Source: an uncultured Spirochaetota bacterium (lineage in GTDB: Bacteria > Spirochaetota > Spirochaetia > SZUA-6 > Fen-1364). From it: a stretch of 64,000 nt of DNA. The notes under the pieces were generated by a model. That model saw only the letters and a program-made list of their open reading frames with translations. It was not told where the DNA came from and made no database searches. Below are positions 52,987-62,949 of this stretch, one piece after another. The position numbers and the translations under genes are program-made. Numbering within the stretch: the first letter of the stretch is position 1; every line of letters starts with the position of its first letter. Where the stretch lies: the NCBI GenBank assembly GCA_963734545.1, contig CAVTHO010000003.1, positions 1 through 64,000 of the forward strand. Reading direction: 5' to 3'.

Positions 52987-53157
52987 ATGGAGAAAGTGCA
53001 GAAGAGTGAGGGGCTCGTCTGCATATGCGCGGAATGCAAGAAAGTGATCAAGATGGTCGGAAACGTGTCTCCCGCTGTGCCGCCGCTCATCAGCCACGGC
53101 ATCTGTCCTGCGTGCGCAGAGAGGCTGTACGGGGACTATTTCCGCAAGAAAACGTGA
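52987..53157 (+). CDS. 56-aa stand-alone zinc-ribbon protein (absent from the ORF track)
   Basis: MEKVQKSEGLVCICAECKKVIKMVGNVSPAVPPLISHGICPACAERLYGDYFRKKT; GGAGG RBS. Confidence 0.85.
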   Translation: MEKVQKSEGLVCICAECKKVIKMVGNVSPAVPPLISHGICPACAERLYGDYFRKKT

Positions 53158-53170
53158 GAACGGGCGCCGC

Positions 53171-54301
53171 TCAGACCACCTTGCGCGGCAGGAGCGGGCT
53201 GATTCTGCTCACGATTTCGTAGTTGATGGTGCCTGACCATTCCGCCATCGTCTCGGCACTGATCTGCTCTTCTCCCGATCTGCCGAGGAGCACCACCTCG
53301 TCCTCGAGGCGCGCACCGGGAACGTCCGTCAGGTCCACCATGCACAGGTTCATGCAGATCCGGCCGATGACGGGCGCGCGGCGCCCCCGCACCAGGACGT
53401 GCGCCCTGTTGCCCAGCGCGCGATCGTACCCGTCGGAGTACCCGATCGGCAGGACGCCGAGGACGGTGGGGCGCATCGTGCGGTAGGAGCAGCCATATCC
53501 GACATAGCTCCCTTCAGGTATCGTCTTCACCTGCACGATTCGCGTCTTCCAGGAAAGGACGGGCCGGAAGTCCGGCACCGCCCCGCCCTTCTCCCGGGCG
53601 GACACCATCGTCTCCCGGGAGGGCCACAGGCCGTAGAGCCCGATTCCCGAGCGCAGCATGGTGAAGTGGGTCGATGTGAACAGGACCGCGGCGGCCGTGC
53701 ACGCCGTGTGGACGAACGGGGGGCGCCCGATGAGCCGATCCACTGCCGCCATGGCGGCGTTGAATCGCTCGATCTGCATTTCCGCGTACTCGTGGTTCAG
53801 CGTGTCCTCGATGTTGGCATAGTGGGTGGAGACCCCTTCCAGGGTGACGCCGCGCGCGTTCTTGACCAGGCTGAGAAAAGCCTCCAGGTCCTCCGGCAGC
53901 ACGCCCTGGCGCGCCGTGCCGGTGTCCACCTTCACGTGCACCCGCGCGGCCCTGGCCGCGCTCTTGCGCGAGGAGAGCTTTTCGATCGTCTCCCGGTTGT
54001 AGACGGTCAGGCTGAGATCAGCCTCGACCGCTGCCTCGAGGTCCGCGAGTGGAACGTGCCCCAGAAGGATGATCGGCCGGGTGATGCCGCTGGAGCGCAG
54101 CTGCAGCCCTTCCTCCAGGGAGTTGACCCCGAACCACTCCGCGGAAGGCAGGAGGGGGGCGATCTGGGCAACGCCGTGACCGTAGGCGTTCGACTTGACG
54201 ACCGCGCAGGCAAGAACTCCGGGGCGGCTTCCGGCACGAAGCTGCCGAAGATTGTGCTCAGGCGCCTTCCCGTCCAGTTCCACCCAGACGAGGCTGCTCA
54301 T
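53171..54301 (-). CDS. alr: Alanine racemase
   Basis: AVVKSNAYGHG, KVDTG, GIGLYG, GYSDGY, GRICMN, TINYE. Confidence 0.96.
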   Translation of the reverse strand: MSSLVWVELDGKAPEHNLRQLRAGSRPGVLACAVVKSNAYGHGVAQIAPLLPSAEWFGVNSLEEGLQLRSSGITRPIILLGHVPLADLEAAVEADLSLTVYNRETIEKLSSRKSAARAARVHVKVDTGTARQGVLPEDLEAFLSLVKNARGVTLEGVSTHYANIEDTLNHEYAEMQIERFNAAMAAVDRLIGRPPFVHTACTAAAVLFTSTHFTMLRSGIGLYGLWPSRETMVSAREKGGAVPDFRPVLSWKTRIVQVKTIPEGSYVGYGCSYRTMRPTVLGVLPIGYSDGYDRALGNRAHVLVRGRRAPVIGRICMNLCMVDLTDVPGARLEDEVVLLGRSGEEQISAETMAEWSGTINYEIVSRISPLLPRKVV

Positions 54302-54391
54302 TGCTGCTCCTTTGCGTGGCAGGATAGTATGGGGCGGCCGCGCGAGTCAAAGGCAGGAGCGCAACCGGACTCACGACCGAGGGAGCGCATC

Positions 54392-55232
54392 ATGGACGCC
54401 AGATCATTCTACGACAGTCTGGGAAGCGACTATGACCGCATGGTTTCCTGGCAGACACGGCTTGCGAGGGAGGAGGCCTTCTTTCAGCGTCTCTTCGAGG
54501 AGAACGGGGTCCGGCGCGTCCTGGATGCCGCCTGCGGCACGGGTATGCATGCCATCGAGTTCGCGCGGCAGGGACTGCGCAGCGCCGGCGCGGACCTGAG
54601 TCCCGCCCTGATCGCCCAGGCCCGGGAGAACGCGGCCGCGGCCGGGGTCGAGGTGGACCTGCAGGCAGCGGCATTCGGCGAGCTGGCGAGCCGGTTCACG
54701 GGTCCGTTCGACGCGGTCACGTGCCTGGGCAATTCTCTTCCGCACCTCGTCGACGATTCCAGTCTTGCGTCGGCCCTGTCGGACTTCGCATCCCTTCTAC
54801 GCCCGGGCGGTGTGCTCGTCATCCAGAACAGGAACTACGACCGGCTCCTTCGGGATCGACAGCGGTTCATGCCCCCTGCCGCGCGGGAGGACAGCGAAGG
54901 GGAGACCCTGTTTCTCCGAATCACGGACTTTCCGCCTCCGGCGGAAAGCGCAAGCGAATCCATCGAGTTCACGATCGTCACTCTGAAGAAGCGGGGCGGC
55001 GCCTGGAATCAGACGGTGCGCACAACACCCCTGCGGGCAATCCGCCGCGTGACCCTCGAACGGGCGCTGGGCGCTGCCGGTTTTTCCTCCGTCGAGGTGT
55101 ACGGCAGCTTTGCCCTCACAGCGTTCGACGCCGCTGATGCCGGGGACCTGGTCGTCGATCGCCAGAAAGCAGCCCGTCCCGGTTCCGCGCGCCTCTACAC
55201 CCACTTCTCGGAGAGCACCGCCCCGTCGCTGA
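54392..55232 (+). CDS. Class I SAM-dependent methyltransferase (glycine/sarcosine N-MTase-like); 3' end uncertain, frameshift near 55155
   Basis: VLDAACGTG, GADLS, FDAVTCLGNSLPHL, LRPGG, RNYD. Confidence 0.88.
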
Positions 55233-56030
55233 TCGAGACGATCGCCGCCTTGAGAGGTATCTTCCGACCCGCTTTCTCGACCGCCTGCTGGGCCATGGCG
55301 AGCAGACCGCGGCAGCAGGGCACCTCCATCATGACGACGGTGAGAGTGTTGATCTGCGCGTGGTCGATGAGCGCGGTGAGCTTCTCGCGGTAGATCTCCT
55401 TTCCCTCGTCGAGCTTCGGGCAGGCTATCGCCAGGGACTTGCCCTTCAGGAGGGACGCATGGAAGCCTCCCATGGCGTACGCGACGCAGTCCGCGCTCAG
55501 CAGCACGTCTTTCCCCTTGAACTGCGGAGCCATCGGCGAGAGGAGGTGCAGCTGGATGGGCCAGTTCTCCAGCGCGGAGGACCCCGCGGCGGGCTCGGCC
55601 TCTGTGCGCGCGCTCCGCCGGGGAAGGACACGCTCTGTCTTCCGGGGCAGCCGGCGGGCGCCTCATGAACGGCTTCTTCGGGAACAGGGATGTTGTGCTC
55701 TTTCATATAGTCACGCGCCTCCTTCAGCAGCTCTTTCTCCCCATGACCTTCGAGGTGCGCCAGGTGCGCCCGGATCGTGTTGGCGCCCTGCCGCGCGATG
55801 TTGGCCATCACCTTCCGCTCGTCGTAAGGCTCGGCTTCCCTTTCCACCAGCGTGATGGCCCCCTCCGGGCAGTAGCCCACGCAGGCGCCGAGGCCGTCGC
55901 AGAACAGGTCGCTTATCAGCCGCGCCTTTCCGTCGATGACCTGGAGGGCCCCTTCGGGGCAGTTGGGGATGCACAGGCCGCAGCCGTTGCACTTTTCCTC
56001 GTCGATGGTGATGATCGTGCGTGTGCTCAT
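55195..56030 (-). CDS. 4Fe-4S ferredoxin-domain protein with Cys-rich C-terminal domain; frameshifted
   Basis: CNGCGLCIPNCP, CDGLGACVGYCP, GCPG, NWPIQL, ADC, ACPKLD, MEVPCC. Confidence 0.9.
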
Positions 56031-56062
56031 GGTGTCAGTCTACACCGGCCGCGCATTGCCGC

Positions 56063-56078
56063 CTTGACGTGGATCAAG
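56063..56078. promoter_or_regulatory. Crp/Fnr-type binding box
   Basis: cTTGAC-GTGG-ATCAAg (FNR consensus TTGAT-N4-ATCAA), centred about 41 bp upstream of the Fe-S gene ATG; TAGACT -10 box at 56037-56042 (minus). Confidence 0.75.
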
Positions 56079-56079
56079 T

Positions 56080-56128
56080 CGCCACGGTATCCGTGGATTT
56101 GTCCCCGCCACGGTATTCCGTGGATTTG
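56080..56128 (+). repeat. Two tandem palindromic element copies
   Basis: CGCCACGG-TAT-CCGTGG-ATTTGTCCC then CGCCACGG-TATT-CCGTGG-ATTTG. Confidence 0.8.
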
Positions 56129-56146
56129 CTGCTGTTCTCCCGGATA

Positions 56147-56823
56147 ATGCCGCCGGTTGCGCAGATGGACGTCCTGAGCCTGCTTGAACAGTCCGAATTC
56201 TTCCGATCCATCTCACCTGCCGGCCGGCGGGCAATCGCCGCGATCTGCATCCCCAAAACGCTGCGCAAGCGCGAGATGCTTTTCGTGGAGGGGGAGACAG
56301 GGCACTCGATGTTCCTCATGGCACAGGGCGCCGTCCAGCTCTTCAAGACCTCCCCGGAAGGCAAGGAGGTGGTCATCAAGCTGGTGCGCGCCGGGGAGAT
56401 CTTCGGGGAGGTCGTGCTCTTCGAGCAGGACCGCTTTCCCGTCAGCGCGTGCGCCCTCACCCCCGCGCAGGTCTTCCTTCTGCCGAAGAAACAGTTCGAC
56501 CTGCCTGCTGGACGAGGAGGAGTTCCGCCGGGAGTTCATCGGCGATGCTCCTGGCCAAGCAGCGCTACCTGTCGGACCAGATCTTCCGGCTCTCCGCCCT
56601 GGATGTGGAGCAGCGGTTCTTCCATTTCCTCCGCGACCAGTACGGGGAGCGGGAGGAGTACCGCGATCGACGTGACCAAGCGGGACGTCGCGGCCGCGAT
56701 CGACGCCCTGCCCGAGACGCTCTCACGGCTTCTTCTGAAGCTCAAGGACGAAGGCACCGTCCAGTGGGACGGGGAGAAGCTGCGCGTGCGGAAGGGATTC
56801 TGGAAGAGCGCCCGGAGCGTTAG
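56147..56823 (+). CDS. Crp/Fnr-family transcriptional regulator; frameshifted
   Basis: LFVEGE, GAVQLFK.SPEGKE, GEIFGEV, HTH with PETLSR. Confidence 0.9.
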
Positions 56824-56905
56824 GCCCGGAAGCCGAGGCGCGCGAGCACGGGCTGCCCGGCGGCCCGCGCGTCGGTGCCGCCCTGCGGATGCCGCAGGCG
56901 CGCGT

Positions 56906-57925
<1,020 letters not shown>

Positions 57926-58029
57926 GCCCTGGCCTCCATTGCTACGCGCATGGTACATACACGAATGAAAAAGTCAACAATTGAGAGGCGATGAGGTCAG
58001 CCGCGGCGCGTTGCGGCGGAGCGCGGGTC

Positions 58030-59243
58030 TCAGTTCTCGAGGATCGTGATCTCCACCCTGCGATTCATTCTCCGTCCCTCCTCGGTGGTGTTGTCCCCGA
58101 CGGGGATCCGCGCGCCCATGCCGCGCGCGGTGATCTGCTCGGCCCTGCGCGCGCCGATGGAGAGAAGGAAGTTCGCCGCGGCCTGGGCGCGCTGGTCGGA
58201 GAGCTTCTGGTAGTCCTCCTCCGTATAGCCGGGCGCGCGCGCGGTATGCCCCGTGATCGCGATGTCCCGGTCCTGGTACTTCTTCAGCATCTCGGCGATC
58301 CGGCGCAGCTTGTCCTGCTCGGCGGGCATGAGCGTGTCCGAGTTCGGTGGAAAGTTCACGTTCTCCAGGGTGATCGTCACCCCCTGGTCGGTGGGCTGCA
58401 CCTTGACATCGGGGATGTGCTGCGCGTCGATCTGCTTCTGGATGTCCTCTGCCACCTGCGCCCGGTCCAGCGGCTGCAGACTGGATGAGGCGTCCGTCCG
58501 CGTTGCCGCGTGAACTCGATGTCGTCGCCCGTGTTGAAGGAGAAGATGAAGTCGAAACGTCTCCTCGTAAAAGACGGGTCTCTTTCCCGCGAGGTCCCAC
58601 CAGTACTTCTGATGCGATTCCCCGACAACGCGGATGGGGTACATCCTGACCGCGCCGCCCGGGGCAGCGGCCTTGTGGAAGACCTCGTAGTCTATGGCGA
58701 TGACCGCGCACTCAATGCCGTCACGCGTTTCCCTGCCGACGTAGGTGTAGTCCGCGGTGATCGGGAACTGGAACGGCTCCCGGATGCCGAAGTTCGTGCC
58801 GAAAATCATGCGCCTCGCTCCCCTTTGCCACCCACGTGCCGCCCTGCCGCACCTCGCCCTCGGGAAAAAGCGGCACGTCCCTGACCACGGGCATGAAGTA
58901 CGAGGGGTCGATGGTGAAGGCCCCCCGGCCGTCGCGCCAGAACTGGGAGGTGTATTCCTCGCTCCATTCATACGTGTGCACGGGAGCCGTAGGACCTTTC
59001 GGAGGTCTGGAAGAGGACGTCGTGGTAGCCGGCGTCTCCGCGCGTATCCGTGACCGTCACGGCGATCTTGTTGAGGATGTCCGCGTCGTGGGAGAACCGC
59101 CCGTTGACGTAGACCGACTCATGCACCTGGGAGAGGATGCGGTATTTCTCCCCTTTTGTGTAGGCGAAGCGGAACACGTCCGCGGAGAGCGCCGCCGTCC
59201 CAAGGAGGAAACCCGCACAACAGAGGAGCAGAATCTTTCTCAA
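58030..59243 (-). CDS. OmpA-family peptidoglycan-binding protein with a long N-terminal domain; frameshifted
   Basis: Signal peptide; C-terminal NVNFPPNS, ITGHT, LSDQRA, RGMG, NRRVEI. Confidence 0.88.
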
Positions 59244-59284
59244 TTCCTTGACACCCCCTGCTCATTCCACTATCCTCGAAAAAA

Positions 59285-61144
59285 TTGATGCACCCCGCAA
59301 GAGTACCATCAGAAGACGAGGTTCTCCAGGTTTTCCGAAAGGCGGGGTTCTCCACCCTGTCGCCGTTCCAGGAGAAACTGATCCCCTACATCCTGAAGGG
59401 GAAGGACGTGGCCGCGGAGGTTGCCCCGGGCTCGGGCAAGACCGTCGGGTTCGTTCTCCCTCTCATTCTCGGCCTGCGCGGCGCCGGACCTGCGCCTCGG
59501 GCGGTCATCCTCGCGTCGACCCCGGAGGACGGTCGGCAAGGTTGCGCGCACGTTCACCCGCATCGCCCGATTCGTGAGAGACGCACCCGCGTTCGTGCCG
59601 CTCGGCGAGATCGAGGACGCGCGCCGGGAGCAGAGACGCCTGGAAAAGGGCGCGACAATCGTGGTGGGGACCGTCGGAGAGAGTGATCGATCACATCCGC
59701 CGCGGGGAGCCTGGGATTCGACGAGCTCCAGACGATCATCGTGGAGGAGCCGGAGGGCGACGCACGGGCGGATTTCGTCAAAGACGTGCAGTTCATCTTT
59801 GCCAAGATCGCGGATCGGCGCCAGACAATACTCTTCTCCCGTTCCCCGCTGGCGGAGGACAACGAGCTGCTCCGCATGCTGCGCCACCCGGTCGTGCTGG
59901 AATCGGCGCAATCCGGCGGATCAGCGGCAGCGCCGCACGCAGGTCATCTGTACATCCCGACCGAAGGGACCGTCCGCGCCGAGCTCCTGGCCCGGGTCAT
60001 CCTGGGAAAAAGGATTCCCTCGGCCATTGTCTACCACTCCCCGCGTATGGACGGCCGCAGGCTCGCGGAGGCGCTCCTGCCGCGCGGGATCCGCGCCGGC
60101 CTCGTCGCGGCGGGCGGCGGCTCCGGCTCGACTGCCGCGCGATGGCAGGCGGACCGCAGGAAGCCGCTCGTCGCGTTTTCGCGCGGCGAGCTGGATGTCC
60201 TGCTCGTGCCGCTGTCGGCGGGCGCGCAGCCTGCCGCCGGGCTGGAGGATCTCACGCCGACCCACGTCGTGTTCTTCGACTTTCCTCCCGCGGGAAATCG
60301 AGGGTCGGGGGGCGTGCGCAAAGGGGCGGTGATCGTCGCACTGATGGACCGGGGGCAGGAGAAAGAGCTCGCCAGGCTCGAGGAGGCGATCGGCGTGAGA
60401 ATCAACAAGGGTGAGATCCCCGGCGACGAAGAGGTGCTGACCGGCGCCATCGACAGGATGCTGCGCAGGATGAAGGCGGAGGACCCGGCGGAGCTGACGG
60501 CGCTGCGCGCGCGCATACGCAAACAGGTGCCGCTTCTGCTCAGGCCGCTGTTCATGGCTTCGCTTTTGAAATCCCAGCTGCCCCCCGGTATCGGTGTTCT
60601 CCCCGGGAAGGCGGAAGCAGGCGCGGCGCTCGCGCCCCGGTCAGGGGGCGCGCCGCAGACCGGCCGCAGCCCCTCCGGCCAGGTGGATTCAGGAAGAGTC
60701 CCGCGCGCGGGAGCCGTGGCGCCGGAAACGGCCCGGGCGCCTCGTGGACGCTTCGGCAGAAGTGTCGAAAGCGTCTCCCCTGCCGGCAGCCGCACGGGCA
60801 GATCCATGGAGGCCCTTCCGGGCACCGAGAGATCGGGCAGGCAGAATGAGAGCCAAAGGCCCGGGAAGGCGGTCACGGGGGAGGGGGAGTTCACCCAGCT
60901 TTTCGTCAGCATCGGGAGGAACCGCCGCGTCTACGCGCGTGACCTCACCGAGCTGTTCACCGAAAAGCTCCAGCTTCACGCCGGCGATATCGGCGGCGTG
61001 CGCGTATTCGACAAATACTCCTTTGTGGACATCGTGCCGGGCAAAGCGGGCGAGGCCATCGCCCGGCTCTCGGGCAGCGAGGTAAAAGGACGTACCATCA
61101 CGGTCAACTACGCCAAGAAGAAGGAAGAGAAAGAGGGAAAGTGA
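59285..61144 (+). CDS. Degenerate DEAD-box-like protein with C-terminal DbpA RNA-binding domain; frameshifted
   Basis: GF..LSPFQ Q-motif, GSGKT, IVVGT, RQTILFS; C-terminal LFVSIGRNRRV...IG.VRVFDKYSFV. Confidence 0.82.
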
Positions 61145-61672
61145 GCTCCCCGCCGGGCGGCGTGCGAGGTCGAGATCGGCTGCGGGAACGGTCACTTCCT
61201 CTCCCAGTACGCCGCCGAGAAGCCCGACACCCTGCTCATCGGCGTGGACATCAAGCAGAAACGGTGTCTCAAGGCGCGGGAGAAGGCGGCGAAGCGGGGG
61301 CAGCGCAACGTGTCGATCGTTCATGCCACCGCGGAATCCTTCCTGCGTGACCTGCCGCGCTCATCGGTGGACGCTTTCCACATCTATTTCCCCGATCCCT
61401 GGCCGAAGAGCCGGCACCGGAAGCGAAGGTTCTTCACCATGCAGACTCTGGCGATGATGCATGACAGGCTGCGGGGAGGCGGCAAGGTGTACTTCGGCAC
61501 CGACTTCTTCGACTACTACCTGCAGGCAAAGGTGCTCGTCGCGCTTCACCACGGTTTTCTCATCTCGGAGGAACCCGCGCCGCAGGCCGTACTCTCTTCA
61601 CTCTACGGGCAGTTGTTCGTCGGCGAAAAGAAGCCCATCCACATCTTCTCCGCGACCCGGCTCAACGGATGA
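61141..61672 (+). CDS. trmB: tRNA (guanine-N7)-methyltransferase; frameshift near 5' end
   Basis: EIGCGNGHFL, YFPDPWPKSRHRKRR, TD...Y. Confidence 0.88.
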
Positions 61673-62902
61673 GCAGGGAGAGGAGCAGGAAGACGATGGG
61701 GACGTTCACCATGACGTTCAGCGTGATCATGAGGGCCGACAGGACCTCGTACCACCGGGCCGTCCGTTCGCTTGCCCGGGAGATCGACTCGGGATCCCCC
61801 GGCACCAGGACCTGCTCCGCCATCGGGTCTTCCGGTTTCAGCAGCTCGATTCCGTCGCCATTTCGCGGTAAGCGGCAAACGCGACGCACTCCTGGAGGGA
61901 GCCCTCGCCCTGCTTCCGCCTCCGCGAAGGCAGATCTACTTCGAGCCTGCGGATATCGGGCGGCAGAGTGATGCGCACACCCTCCGAGAAGATCACCTCG
62001 GCGCGCATGCCCTCCATCAATCCCCTGACCATCAGGTACGGCTCCATGTCAGGCAGGAGGGTGGCCCTTCTGCCGCGCTGTCCGTCCGCCGAAGGCGGGA
62101 AATATCTCAGGGGAAGGCGGATCACGTCTCTCTGTGCCCGCATGAGCCGCGCCTTCTTCCAGTACGACCGATACGCGAAATACAAGGGGAAGCCGGGAGG
62201 AAGGAAGGGAGAAACCGGCGCCAGGCCGGCCGTGAGCGCGATGAGGGCGACGACTCTGAGCGCGGGCACGGCGAGAAGCGAGAATGCGAGCAGGACCAGC
62301 AGGAGCGCGCCAATGGCGACCGAGGGCAGCGTGAAGGAGTTCATGAACTCGTTGCGCTGCCGGCCGCTGCCGATGGCCCGAAGGACGATGCTCTCCCGCG
62401 GGCAGTCGTGGATGACCACGAGGAGCCGGTCGCGGCCCTGATCCCGGAACACCCCCCGGCCTTCCTCCGTAAAGAGCGAGCCTGCCACGAAAATGGGCGT
62501 GCCTTCCGGGAGAGAGAATATCCGGCTCCACGGCACGCTGCGCAGCTCGGCGTTTTCCGCGCCGGGGCCGGCGGGCGCCTCTTCGGCGCCTGCCCCGGCC
62601 TCGGGAATCAGGTACACGCGCACCCCGCGCAGGTCGGCGGCGACGGAGAATCGCCCATTGGAAATCCAGATCCTGTCGTCTCCCTGGATCGCTTCCAGGC
62701 TGCCGAAGAAACGGAAGAACCCGACCGTGGCGGAGCGTTCCCTCCCGGTGGCCAGGGGGCTCGCCGTGGGATACCGTGACGCCGCGGTGACCCTGTTTCG
62801 GAACATCCGCCACTGACTGCGGACAAGGAACGCGCCGATGGCGGGGAAGGCGGCGTAGAACAGAATGGCAATTCCTGCGATGAGGATGAGGTACCCGGTC
62901 AT
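61662..62902 (-). CDS. Hypothetical multi-pass membrane protein; frameshift near 61865
   Basis: Hydrophobic N-terminal, central and C-terminal helices across ORFs 61838-62902 and 61662-61889. Confidence 0.7.
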
Positions 62903-62949
62903 ATCCTGTATTGATAAACCACGCGCAATCCTTTACGCTGGAATATACC

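Noticed and set aside
23633-55393. Long alternative or antisense ORFs (23633-25885, 27519-29231, 30458-32677, 53399-55393)
   Set aside because: Shadow ORFs expected at high GC; they overlap well-supported genes and have no motifs beyond the pieces already assigned.
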